A stretch of DNA of 64,000 nt. Origin: Candidatus Aenigmatarchaeota archaeon. Its GTDB lineage: Archaea > Aenigmatarchaeota > Aenigmatarchaeia > QMZP01 > QMZT01. The stretch's first letter is position 1. Every line of letters starts with the position of its first letter. Positions 8,642 to 18,107 of this stretch are shown piece after piece. The stretch spans positions 117,108-181,107 of the forward strand of contig JAPLVC010000006.1 of the NCBI GenBank assembly GCA_026397315.1, written 5' to 3'. The position numbers were made by a program, and so were the translations under genes. The notes under the pieces are model-generated. The model searched no databases, had not been told where the DNA came from, and saw only the letters and a program-made list of their open reading frames with translations.

Positions 8642-9844
8642 TTACTTGCTGAACAGTATCTCTATCACGTCGCCGTCCTTCACTTCGTGCTCCGCGCCCA
8701 ACTTGCGTTTCGTCTCGAAATCGACGCCGCCGATGAATTTGGCCGCCATCTCGCTGTGAACCTTAGCTGCAAAATCCTTGAGCGTCGTTCCTCTCGGCAC
8801 GAGCAGCGCGTCGGGAAGAACGGTCCCCTTTTTATCCGTCATTTTATTCACATTCGCTACCGGATAGACGACGATGTGGTCGAGCAGCTCGAACACCGCT
8901 TTGTCCACGCATTCCTGCACGCCGGTCGAGCCGAACTTTTCCAGTATGTTGTGCTTCACGAATTCCAGCGCCTTCTTCTGCCTGTCGCTGAGCTTGTCCG
9001 GTTCGAGTATTTCAAAACTATTGCATCCTGGAAGATATTTTATCAGGTCGTGCTTGTCCGCCTCCCTGAGGGCGAGTTCGCTTTCGGCTGAGCACGGTAT
9101 TATAGTATAATTAGGAAACTCCTCTTTCAGGCACTCTATGTTTTTGTCCGCGCCCGGCATGTCTATCTTGTTCGCCGCGATTATCATGCGCTTCGAAAGC
9201 TTGCGCAGCTCGAAGGCGAATTTGCAGAGGTCATCGTCGCTCCACCGTGTGGGCGAAGTTTCATACAAATTGAATTTTTCAAGCACCTTCAGTATCTGAT
9301 CCTCTGTTATCTTCAGGCCTGAAAACTGCTGGAAAAGCGAGTCGAGTATGTTTTTTTTGTTCATCTCCACGTCTTTCGAGAATTTCGACCAGTTCTTTTT
9401 CAGCATGCCGTAAAACCAGTAGCCTATTTCCTCCTCGAGAAAGCGGACGTCGTTAGCGGGGTCGTAGCTGCCGCAGGCGACGGATTCGCCGTTCTCGTTC
9501 GTCGAGCCTGACGCGTCTATGACGTGGATGAACGCGTCCGCCTGTCTCAGGTCATCGAGAAATTTCAGGCCGAGGCCTTTGCCGGCGTGCGCGCCCGGGA
9601 CGAGGCCAGCGACATCAAGAAGCTCGGTAGGCACGAAGCGCATGCCCTGTTTGCAATAGCCGACCTTGGGCTTGCACTGCGTCGCTATTTTCACGTCCGG
9701 ACATTTGACCTTGACGTATCCCATGGCGTGGTTAGGTTCAATCGTCGTGAAAACACGGTTCGATATTTCGACGTCCACGAGCGTGAGCGCCTTTAGAAGA
9801 GTTGATTTGCCAACGTTCGTTTTTCCCACAATCCCAATTAGCAT
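8642..9844 (-). CDS. ychF: Obg-family ATPase/GTPase YchF (archaeal type)
   Basis: [47 protein letters not shown], C-terminal TGS domain. Confidence 0.95.
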   Translation of the reverse strand: [400 protein letters not shown]

Positions 9845-9951
9845 GAAATCACTAAGAATAATCGGATTCGGGTTTAAAATGGTTTACATAGATGTCAAAT
9901 GATAATCAGGAAATTATTGAGCATTTTAAATACTAAAAATATCAGATAAGT

Positions 9952-10347
9952 ATGAAAAAACACGATGAAAATAAAGAAATGGAAAGTCATTTAAAACAAT
10001 ATAACATTTATGCTGGAAATTTGAGAAATTGGTTTGTTGGTTATGGTATCGGAGCATTGGTTCTGTTCATAACACAAAAAGAATTTTTTTCTACGCTTAG
10101 CCTTTCTGAAAAAAATTCAATATTAATATCCATAGCGATTGGAATTTTTTTGCAAATATTCATTTCAATGTGGAATAAATATACACAATGGTTAAGTTAT
10201 CAACAAATACATCGTTCTCTTGTAAATAGCAAATTGCACAAAATAGCAGGACGAATCACGAGAGTGTGGCAGATTGATTTTATTTGCGATGCACTCACAT
10301 TAATCGCGTTTGCCTATGCTCTAATCGTTGCTCTTAAAATTATTTGA
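9952..10347 (+). CDS. AT-rich hypothetical membrane protein (about 3 TM)
   Basis: Hydrophobic segments; clearly AT-richer than flanks; convergent overlap with the metG stop. Confidence 0.7.
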   Translation: MKKHDENKEMESHLKQYNIYAGNLRNWFVGYGIGALVLFITQKEFFSTLSLSEKNSILISIAIGIFLQIFISMWNKYTQWLSYQQIHRSLVNSKLHKIAGRITRVWQIDFICDALTLIAFAYALIVALKII

Positions 10348-12421
10348 CTTTGCCGTCTATCTTCTTGTCGACTTGGATTTCACCATCGCTCGTCTTGAGT
10401 GGCTTGTCCTTGTAATACGCTTTTCCATCCTTTGCTACGAGTTCGAATTTCGCGAAGTCCTTGATGGTCAGCTCTTTCGCCGGCCGCTTTTCGACGTCGT
10501 CGATGACGACGTGCGCGCCCGGCTTGTCTTTCGAAAAGAGAACTCCGACGTCTTTCCCGTCGTCCGCCGCCAGCAGCATGCCCTCGGATTCGATGCCTTT
10601 CAGATTCGCTTTCTTCAGGTTGCACACGACGACGATGTGCTTGCCTTTCAGGTCGCTTTTCGAATACTTGTCTTTCAGGCCCGCGACAAGCGTCCGCTTT
10701 TCGTCGCCCAGGTCGATAGTCAGAATGTAGAGCTTCTCCGCCTGCGGATGGTCTTCGACTTTCTCGACTTTCGCCACTCGCAGGTCGAGCGTCGCGAACG
10801 CGTCTGAGAATTCGACTCTCTCAATTTTCCGGAAAAGGATTTCCGGCTTGTTTATCTTGTGGTTTTCCAGCGTCTCCCTGAAGTCGTCCCATTTCACGTC
10901 CTTGAGATTGAGAGACTTGAATATTTTCTCGGAGAACACGGGAAGTATGGGATTAAGCGTGATGGCGAGCTTCTTGACCAGGTTCGCGGCTATCGCTAGC
11001 ACCTCAGCCATGCGTGCCGGGTCCTCTTTCGCGAGTTTCCACGGGGCGTTCTCCTGAAAATAGCGGTTGCCCACGTTGCTGATTTCGAGCGCGTTCTTCA
11101 CAGCCTCGCGCAGGGCGAATCCATAATAGTTCTTCTCGGCCTTCCTGACCAGGTCATCCGCTCGCTCAAGCGCCATGAGGTCCGCGTTTCTCGCGCCAAG
11201 CTTGCCTATCTTGCCTTCCGCATATTTATCGATGAACGTCAGTGTTCGATAGCAGAAATTCGCAATGTTCCCTATGAGTTCGTTGTTAGCCCTGTTCTTG
11301 AAATCCTCGAAGCTCAGGTCAATGTCGCCAGTCGTGTGCGTGAGATTCGATGCATAATGGTAACGCAGGAACTCCGGATCGAGAATCTGCAGGTATTCGC
11401 GCGCGGTTATGAACGTTCCTCTCGACTTCGACATTTTCTCCCCGTTCACTGTAAGGAAGCCGTGCACCACGACGTTATCAGGCGTCTTGAATCCTGAGCC
11501 CATCAGAACTGCGGGCCAGAATATGAGATGGAAGTAGGCGATGTCCTTGCCGATGAAATGGATTATCTGCGAATTCTTCGATTTCCAGTACGCTCCCTCT
11601 GCAGAGCACTTGTGGTCCTTGCAGTAATTCTCCGTAGATGCGATATACCCTATCGGCGCGTCCAGCCAGACGTAGAAATATTTGTCCTCTTCGCCCGGGA
11701 TTTTGAAGCCGAAGTAAGGCGAGTCGCGCGAGACGCACCAGTCCTCAAGGCCCTTGTCAATCCATGAGAGCACGTAATTCTTTATGTCGCTCTGCAGGTT
11801 TTTGTTGTCGTTGAGCCACGCGCGCAGCCGCTCGGAGAAGTCGCCAAGCCTGAAAAAATATTGCTCCGAATCTTTCATCGCCGGCTCGCTCCTGCATATG
11901 CCGCAGAACGGGGATTTAAGATCGATGGGTTTGTAAGTCGAGCCGCACGCTTCGCACACGTCGCCGTACTGGTCCTGCGCGCCGCATTTGGGGCACGTGC
12001 CTTTCACGAACCTGTCGGGCAGGAAGCGCTTGCATTTCTCGCAGTAGAGCTGCCTGAGCGTTTTCTTGTAGATGTGGCCGTTGTCCTTCAGCGCCTTGAA
12101 AATCGTGCGCGTGAAATTCTCGTTCTCCTTCGAGTGGGTAGTGTAATAGCTGTCAAAATGTATGAGAAAATCTGAAAAGTCTTTCACGTGCTGGTCATAC
12201 CAAATTTTGATGAATTCCTCGGGAGTCACGCCTGCCTTGAGAGCGGAAATCTCGATTGGCGTGCCGTGCGTGTCGTCGGCGCAGCAGTATATCGCGTCGT
12301 GGCCGCTGAACTTCAGGAAGCGCGTGTAGATGTCCGTCTCTATGTATTCCACCAGATGGCCCAGATGGACGGGACCGTTCGCGTATATCAGGGCCGCGGT
12401 TATCAGCGTCTTGTCAGCCAT
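10340..12421 (-). CDS. metG: Methionine--tRNA ligase with C-terminal tRNA-binding OB domain
   Basis: YANGPVHLGH, two Zn knuckles, YVWLDAPIGY, KMSKS, C-terminal Trbp/EMAPII-like domain (GIESEGMLL). Confidence 0.98.
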   Translation of the reverse strand: MADKTLITAALIYANGPVHLGHLVEYIETDIYTRFLKFSGHDAIYCCADDTHGTPIEISALKAGVTPEEFIKIWYDQHVKDFSDFLIHFDSYYTTHSKENENFTRTIFKALKDNGHIYKKTLRQLYCEKCKRFLPDRFVKGTCPKCGAQDQYGDVCEACGSTYKPIDLKSPFCGICRSEPAMKDSEQYFFRLGDFSERLRAWLNDNKNLQSDIKNYVLSWIDKGLEDWCVSRDSPYFGFKIPGEEDKYFYVWLDAPIGYIASTENYCKDHKCSAEGAYWKSKNSQIIHFIGKDIAYFHLIFWPAVLMGSGFKTPDNVVVHGFLTVNGEKMSKSRGTFITAREYLQILDPEFLRYHYASNLTHTTGDIDLSFEDFKNRANNELIGNIANFCYRTLTFIDKYAEGKIGKLGARNADLMALERADDLVRKAEKNYYGFALREAVKNALEISNVGNRYFQENAPWKLAKEDPARMAEVLAIAANLVKKLAITLNPILPVFSEKIFKSLNLKDVKWDDFRETLENHKINKPEILFRKIERVEFSDAFATLDLRVAKVEKVEDHPQAEKLYILTIDLGDEKRTLVAGLKDKYSKSDLKGKHIVVVCNLKKANLKGIESEGMLLAADDGKDVGVLFSKDKPGAHVVIDDVEKRPAKELTIKDFAKFELVAKDGKAYYKDKPLKTSDGEIQVDKKIDGKVK

Positions 12422-12542
12422 ATCAAATAGTTTTCGTTGTTTACTTAAAAAATGATTTGCCTATGAAATGCGCGCGAAAGCGTTCCGTAAGGATAAATAA
12501 CTAAATAATTATTATTATTCTGCCGGACGCTGGTTTGATCTT

Positions 12543-14102
12543 ATGACAGACGAAATACAGAAAATTGTGAGGGAAGCGGAGAGGGCGAAAGTCTGGCTGA
12601 AGGAAGCGAACCACATGCGCGTCGTATCGCATTACGATGCCGACGGCATAACGTCAGCTTCGATAATGGCCAAGACGCTCGTCCGCATGGGCAAGGACTT
12701 CCATTTGTCGATGGTCAAGCAGCTCAGCAGTCGCGTTCTCGAATCGCTGGCTGGCGAAAAGCGAGAGCTTTATATTTTCCTTGACATGGGTTCCGGTCAG
12801 ATAGAGGGTATAAAGACGGCGCTGGCGAACTCGAAAGTCATAATCTGCGATCATCATCAGCCGGGCGGCATCGCTAACGAAAACGTCGTCCACATAAACT
12901 CGACACTCGCCGGCATAGAGAACAGCATTTCGGGCTCTGGAGTGACGTATCTTTTCTGCAAAACGCTTAACCCTATAAACGAGGACCTCAGCCCGCTTGC
13001 GGTCATAGGCGCGATAGGCGATTCGCAGATAGACGCCATAGGTCTCAACTGGGGCCTGAGCGGGCCGAACAAAATAATTCTCAAAAGCGCGGAGGCGCAA
13101 AACAAGATACGCGTCTCGAAAGGCCTGCGACTCTGGGGGCGATACACGCGCCCGTTACATAAGGCGCTTGCATACTCCATCGATCCTCACATCCCTGGCA
13201 TAAGCGGTTCTGAATCTGCTAGCATCCAGTTTCTCACGGATCTGGGCATCCCGACGAAGAAAGGCGATGACTGGAGGACGATTGCTGATTTGACGACTGA
13301 AGAGCAGAAAACGCTCGCGAGCGGCATGATAAAGGAGCGCGTCCGCGCGAACCAGGAGAATCCCGAGTACATATTCGGCGACGTTTACGACCTGCTCGAC
13401 AAGGAAGGCGACTTCCGTGACGCGAACGAATTTGCCACCATACTCAACGCCTGCGGCAAGATGGGCCAGGCGAGCCTCGGTGTGGCACTGTGCCTCAACG
13501 TCAAGGACGCTTTCGTGAAAGTGAAGGACATATTCGAAAGCTACCGCAGGGAAATAGGCAAAGGCGTGAACTGGGTCGAAACAAACCTTAAAAACCCTGA
13601 CATAGTAAAGGATATGAACGGCGTTTACGTTTTCGCCGGCGACAACGTTTCGGAACACATGATTTCAAACGTCATTTCGATCATAAGCCATTCCGGCCTG
13701 CTGCCCGTCAAGCCGCTGTTCGGCATAGCGAACGCGGAGGACGGGATAAAAATATCGGCCAGGGCGCACGACTCGCTCGTCGAAGGCGGACTCAAGCTCA
13801 ACGAGATAATGAATTCGGTTTCACAAAAGCTCGGCGGCGAAGGGGGCGGCCACATGGGAGCCGCGGCGGCCGTCATACCGCGGGAAAGGCAGGAGGAATT
13901 TATAAATATGACCGAACTAATACTAACATCTATTATTGGTGAAAATAATGGGCATGAAGAACAAGCCAAAACTGAAGGAAGATGCGGAAGTCCAGAAGAA
14001 AGAAGCGACACTGGAGAAGGAAGCCACTCCGGACCAGGTGGAAGAGAAAATACAACTCAAAAAATGGAAAGGAAAGGACTGGTTCAATATATTGGCTCCT
14101 AG
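12543..14102 (+). CDS. RecJ-like DHH phosphoesterase (GAN/aCdc45-like)
   Basis: SHYDADG, DMG, CDHH, LNACG, ISAR, GGGHMGAAA; sits upstream of S3ae as in many archaea. Confidence 0.9.
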   Translation: MTDEIQKIVREAERAKVWLKEANHMRVVSHYDADGITSASIMAKTLVRMGKDFHLSMVKQLSSRVLESLAGEKRELYIFLDMGSGQIEGIKTALANSKVIICDHHQPGGIANENVVHINSTLAGIENSISGSGVTYLFCKTLNPINEDLSPLAVIGAIGDSQIDAIGLNWGLSGPNKIILKSAEAQNKIRVSKGLRLWGRYTRPLHKALAYSIDPHIPGISGSESASIQFLTDLGIPTKKGDDWRTIADLTTEEQKTLASGMIKERVRANQENPEYIFGDVYDLLDKEGDFRDANEFATILNACGKMGQASLGVALCLNVKDAFVKVKDIFESYRREIGKGVNWVETNLKNPDIVKDMNGVYVFAGDNVSEHMISNVISIISHSGLLPVKPLFGIANAEDGIKISARAHDSLVEGGLKLNEIMNSVSQKLGGEGGGHMGAAAAVIPRERQEEFINMTELILTSIIGENNGHEEQAKTEGRCGSPEERSDTGEGSHSGPGGRENTTQKMERKGLVQYIGS

Positions 14103-14772
14103 GGAGTTCGGATCGAAGCTTCTCGGACAATCGCCTGCAACGGACCCCAAGACACTTGTGGGAAGGACGATGGAATTCGGCGCTGCCGAAATCACGGGTG
14201 ACAATTCCAAGTATTACATGAAACTCAACGTCAGGATCATCAACGTCGAGGGCAGGACATGCCTCACGTCGTTCAACGGCTTTGAATGCACCCGCGACCA
14301 CCTGCTCAGGATGGTCAGGAAAAGAAATCAGAAAGTCGAGACAGTCATCGACGTTTCCACGAAGGACGGCTGGATTCTCAGGATGAAGCCGTGGACGATA
14401 CTCAACGGCAAGCCGCCCACGAAGGTCGAAACAAAGGTGCGCCATTTCGTCATGAATTTCTTCAACGACGTCGCCTCCAAGAGCAACATGAATGACATGC
14501 TGAGGAAGATACTCACGACCGAGATGCAGATGATGCTCAAGAAATCGGGCAGCAAGATTTATCCGATTCGTTTTTCTGAAGTGGCCAGGATAAAGGTGCT
14601 CAAGTCGCCTGAGTTCGTGCCTGAGACGGTAGCGCCAGCCGAGGAAGTTAAGGCAGAAACAGCAGAAGCCAAGGAAAAACCGGCCAAGAAGGAAAAGAAA
14701 AAGGCGCCCAAAAAAGAGAAAACCGAGAAGGCCGAAGAAAAGGAAAGCAAGAAAAAGCCGGAAGCCGAATAA
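13948..14772 (+). CDS. rps3ae: 30S ribosomal protein S3Ae (eS1) with charged tails
   Basis: KWKGKDWFNILAP-EFG, GRTME, RMVRK, KIYPIRFSEV; GGTGA precedes ATG 13948. Confidence 0.93.
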   Translation: MGMKNKPKLKEDAEVQKKEATLEKEATPDQVEEKIQLKKWKGKDWFNILAPREFGSKLLGQSPATDPKTLVGRTMEFGAAEITGDNSKYYMKLNVRIINVEGRTCLTSFNGFECTRDHLLRMVRKRNQKVETVIDVSTKDGWILRMKPWTILNGKPPTKVETKVRHFVMNFFNDVASKSNMNDMLRKILTTEMQMMLKKSGSKIYPIRFSEVARIKVLKSPEFVPETVAPAEEVKAETAEAKEKPAKKEKKKAPKKEKTEKAEEKESKKKPEAE

Positions 14773-14777
14773 ATAAC

Positions 14778-15569
14778 ATGGCTGATTCATCCGTTCTGAA
14801 AAAAGGCGTTGTCCTGATAGACAAACCTGCAGGCATGACCAGTTTCGACGTCGTCGAGAAGGCATGCAAACTTTTAGGCGCCAGGCGAGGAGGACACACA
14901 GGCACGCTGGATCCTAACGTCACTGGCCTAATGCTCGTCGCCCTCGAGGAAGCGAGGAAGGCAATGCCCGTCCTTTTCGGCATGGACAAAGTGTACATTG
15001 GTAAAATGCTGCTGCATCAGGACGTGGACAGAGTTGCGCTCGAGTCGACGTTCAAAAAATTCACAGGCGAGATTTTACAGATGCCGCCCGTCAAGTCGCG
15101 CGTCGCGCGCGTCGAGCGCAAGCGCACTGTGCGCTCGCTAAAACTGACGAAATTCGAAGGCCGCGAAGCCGAATTCCACGTCGTGTGCGAGGCGGGAACT
15201 TACATCCGCAAGCTGGTCCACGACATCGGCCAGTCGCTCGCTTCCGGCGCCCACATGACAGAGCTACGCCGCACGAAAATCGGCCCTTTCGACATAAGCG
15301 AGGCCGTGCATCTTTCCAGGCTGACCGAAAAGAACGTCATGCCGCTGGAAAAGATTCTGGAGCGCCTGAAGCTGAAAAAAGTCATAGTCAAAGATGATGC
15401 AATCGCTAAAATAAGGAACGGCAGCCCTGTTTTCAGCGACATGATAGAGAAAAGCGACAGCCTCGCTGAGAACGAAATGGCCGGCGTTTTCACAAAAAGC
15501 GGCGAGATAATAGCGCTGGCTAAAAACACTGGTGACAAGATAAAAACAGAGAGGGTTTTCTTGCCGTAA
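14778..15569 (+). CDS. truB: Cbf5/TruB-family pseudouridine synthase, compact
   Basis: DKPAGMTS, GHTGTLDPNVTG, QMPPVKS-V, CEAGTYIRKLVHDIG, HMTELRR; short PUA-like C-terminus. Confidence 0.92.
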   Translation: MADSSVLKKGVVLIDKPAGMTSFDVVEKACKLLGARRGGHTGTLDPNVTGLMLVALEEARKAMPVLFGMDKVYIGKMLLHQDVDRVALESTFKKFTGEILQMPPVKSRVARVERKRTVRSLKLTKFEGREAEFHVVCEAGTYIRKLVHDIGQSLASGAHMTELRRTKIGPFDISEAVHLSRLTEKNVMPLEKILERLKLKKVIVKDDAIAKIRNGSPVFSDMIEKSDSLAENEMAGVFTKSGEIIALAKNTGDKIKTERVFLP

Positions 15570-15626
15570 GCCGCCCACGCGTTTAACAACAAATAAAAAG
15601 AATCACTAGTATTATTATCACATCAA

Positions 15627-15761
15627 GCCTCGGTGGCTCAGTGGTAATTTCGAAGGAAGCAGATCGCTTGGTATAAGCTCTTTAGGAAAGAGCTTAAGCA
15701 GAAAACGAATATTCTGCTGACAAAAAGCGAAAGGTCGCGAGTTCAATTCTCGCCCGGGGCT
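15627..15761 (+). tRNA. tRNA-Thr(GGT) with 52-nt intron at 37/38 (15674-15725) and an irregular D-arm
   Basis: Acceptor GCCTCGG/CCGGGGC, anticodon arm TCGC-TT-GGT-A|A-GCGA, T-arm GCGAG-TTCAATT-CTCGC. About 10 extra nt in the D region are unresolved. Confidence 0.8.
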
Positions 15762-15850
15762 TTCCATTTTTTAATTTTCAAGTTGTCAGTTCCCGGAAAA
15801 CCAGTCACCAATATAAGAGAGCCGCTCCAAATAATAATTGAGGTGTTTTC

Positions 15851-15943
15851 ATGGCTCCTTGTGGTAGGAAGCGCAAAAGGAAAAAAATCAAGAAGCACAA
15901 ACTCAAGAAGAGAAGAAAAAAGATGCGCCACCGAAAGAAGTGA
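15851..15943 (+). CDS. 30-aa basic peptide, bS22/mS38 (AURKAIP1/COX24)-like
   Basis: MAPCGRKRKRKKIKKHKLKKRRKKMRHRKK; GAGGTG 5 nt upstream; below the ORF-track cutoff. Confidence 0.75.
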   Translation: MAPCGRKRKRKKIKKHKLKKRRKKMRHRKK

Positions 15944-16023
15944 TGGTGGGTTTCTAAATAATTAGAAAATAACTACTTTTTAAGAGTAAAAATGTATTTA
16001 AATACTCCAGAGAAGACTTAGGC

Positions 16024-16806
16024 ATGGGACACAGCCAGGAATATAGAGATAACACTATCATAATGGTCAATCTCGGCAAATATTTTCATGGTGAGCAATA
16101 CAAAGGCGAGCATGTTTCCGTAGACCAATTGCCTCTCTTCAATTTTAACGGCTTTTCCATGCTTTCATGGCTCGGGGAGAACGGAGGCGTATCGGAAAGT
16201 GACAGAAATCATATGAAAGATGTCATAGGGGCTTATGGCGAATTTCCGGTTAGAATAAAATGCGCCGGCAAAAAAGGAAAATGCGCAGAGACATCAACTC
16301 ATTTGGTGTTACCATATCAATATGTCCACAAGCACGAGAAGCAAAGCGGGCCAGAATTCAGAGAGCAATTTGATATTCCTCAAAGACCATTCTATTGCCC
16401 GAAATGCGCGGAAGAGTTTTCTTATGTCTACTCAGCAGGAAATATGCAAAAGGGCGCAGTCTCGTTACCGATAAATTTCACAATTTTCAAAAAGAGAGGA
16501 GATGGATGGGATTTTACATATTGTAATCTCGATCGCAACGAGCTTCACGGTCGCCTAAAAAGAATAGCAAACGCGATACTCACGCAGGGGCTGGACATAG
16601 ACCCTGACAGGATGGATCCGAATAGTAGGATGCGCATTGGCAGGAGTGAAGCCAGAGACATAGTTAAAAAACTTATCGGAATCACAGGTCAGCAGTGCCT
16701 TTTTGAAGATTTTGAAGAATATATGATAAAAAAACCACCGAAATTTATTTTTAATATCAAAAGAACCTCCAAAAAAATTCCTGGTCAGATGAGCCTGTTT
16801 TTATAA
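16024..16806 (+). CDS. Hypothetical protein with Cys pairs and clamp-binding-like motifs
   Basis: C-x6-C and CPKC; QQCLFEDF and terminal GQMSLFL; TTTAAATA upstream. Confidence 0.7.
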   Translation: MGHSQEYRDNTIIMVNLGKYFHGEQYKGEHVSVDQLPLFNFNGFSMLSWLGENGGVSESDRNHMKDVIGAYGEFPVRIKCAGKKGKCAETSTHLVLPYQYVHKHEKQSGPEFREQFDIPQRPFYCPKCAEEFSYVYSAGNMQKGAVSLPINFTIFKKRGDGWDFTYCNLDRNELHGRLKRIANAILTQGLDIDPDRMDPNSRMRIGRSEARDIVKKLIGITGQQCLFEDFEEYMIKKPPKFIFNIKRTSKKIPGQMSLFL

Positions 16807-16850
16807 GCGTCAACTAAAACATTTAAAACACCTGCGCATAATTCTATAAG

Positions 16851-17102
16851 ATGAACGACCTTAATGTTTCGAGAATATCGCTGAGCGTCCACACGGTTGC
16901 CGGCATACTGGCCGGATACGTTTCTCATGTTCTGGGCAGCAGCTACTATGCATTCGGCGCCATGCTGGCAATACTGCTTATCACCGGATACGGGACTGAG
17001 TTCGTGCTGAAGAAGAAAGGCATCAAGTGGTGGATGGCGAACGGCGGCGCGCTTTACATACTGGTCTGGCTCATAAGCTGGATTTTCCTTTTCAACATGT
17101 AA
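16851..17102 (+). CDS. Three-TM EMC6-like (DUF5379-type) membrane protein
   Basis: 83 aa, 3 TM, C-terminal KWWMANG--LYILVWLISWIFLFN pattern resembles archaeal EMC6-like proteins. Confidence 0.6.
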   Translation: MNDLNVSRISLSVHTVAGILAGYVSHVLGSSYYAFGAMLAILLITGYGTEFVLKKKGIKWWMANGGALYILVWLISWIFLFNM

Positions 17103-17119
17103 TCCGCTGGAGGGGTTTA

Positions 17120-18067
17120 ATGGTGCACCTTGGCAAGAAGGAAACGCAGTTTTATCTTTTCGCAGGCAAAGGCGGCGTCGGCAAGACCAGCATCGCCGCG
17201 GCGACGGCTCTTTATTTTGCAGGGAAGAAAAAGAAGACGCTGATAATATCGACTGATCCGGCGCATTCGCTTTCCGATTCTTTCGAGAAGAAGATAGGCG
17301 GGGATATCGTCGATGTGAGCAAGAACCTCTCTGCTGTAGAAATCGATCCCAAGAAAGCGATGGAGGAATACAAGCAGAAGATAGCTCCCAAGATGGACAA
17401 GCTCGATTTCCTCAAGGGCCTGGATCTCGGCGACGCTTTCGACTTCGCAGGCAACACGCCTGGCATAGACGAGCTCGCCGCATTCGACAAGTTCATGCAG
17501 TACATGCAGTCGAAAGAGTACGACGTCATCATATTCGATACCGCGCCTTTCGGCCACACGCTGCGCTTCCTCTCGCTTCCCGACCTGCTCGACTCCTGGG
17601 TGGGCAAGATGATAAACATCCGGCTGAAGCTGTCCGGCATGATGAACATGTTCAAGAAATTCGTGCCCTTCGGCGAAGATGGTGGCGACGCGAAGCTGGG
17701 CACGGAGCAGCTGGAGCTCGTCAAAAAGCGCATAGCGGAAGCGAGGAAGATACTCAGCGACAAAAAGCGCACGCGTTTCAACCTGGTCCTGATTCCCGAG
17801 GCGATGAGCATTTACGAGTCCGAGCGCTCCGTCAAGACGCTCGCCGAATACGGCATACCGGTCAATTCCATCTTCGTCAACCAGCTCATTCCTGAGAACA
17901 CGAAATGCGCATTCTGCAGCGAACGAAGGAAGATGCAGCAGGAGCGGCTGAAGGAAATCCGCTCGAAGTTCAAAGGCCTCGGCGTCACCCAGGTCCCCCT
18001 CTACAACAGGGAAGTCAGGGGCATGGCCATGCTGGCGACCGTCGGGAAGGAATTGTACGGAAAATAA
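17120..18067 (+). CDS. Get3/TRC40/ArsA-family single-domain ATPase
   Basis: GKGGVGKTS, STDPAHSLSD, PGIDE, DTAP-GHTLRFL, CAFC dimerisation motif; GGAGG before ATG 17120. Confidence 0.93.
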   Translation: MVHLGKKETQFYLFAGKGGVGKTSIAAATALYFAGKKKKTLIISTDPAHSLSDSFEKKIGGDIVDVSKNLSAVEIDPKKAMEEYKQKIAPKMDKLDFLKGLDLGDAFDFAGNTPGIDELAAFDKFMQYMQSKEYDVIIFDTAPFGHTLRFLSLPDLLDSWVGKMINIRLKLSGMMNMFKKFVPFGEDGGDAKLGTEQLELVKKRIAEARKILSDKKRTRFNLVLIPEAMSIYESERSVKTLAEYGIPVNSIFVNQLIPENTKCAFCSERRKMQQERLKEIRSKFKGLGVTQVPLYNREVRGMAMLATVGKELYGK

Positions 18068-18107
18068 CGCGTAACACCTTTATAATAACTACTTTTCAAT
18101 AATAACA

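Noticed and set aside
15743-15965. ORFs 15743- and 15783+ from the track
   Set aside because: No motifs; the 30-aa ORF at 15851 with a strong RBS explains the region better.
17120-18067. Arsenic-resistance ArsA
   Set aside because: Single domain with a Get3-type CxxC and no arsB/acr3/arsC/arsR neighbours.
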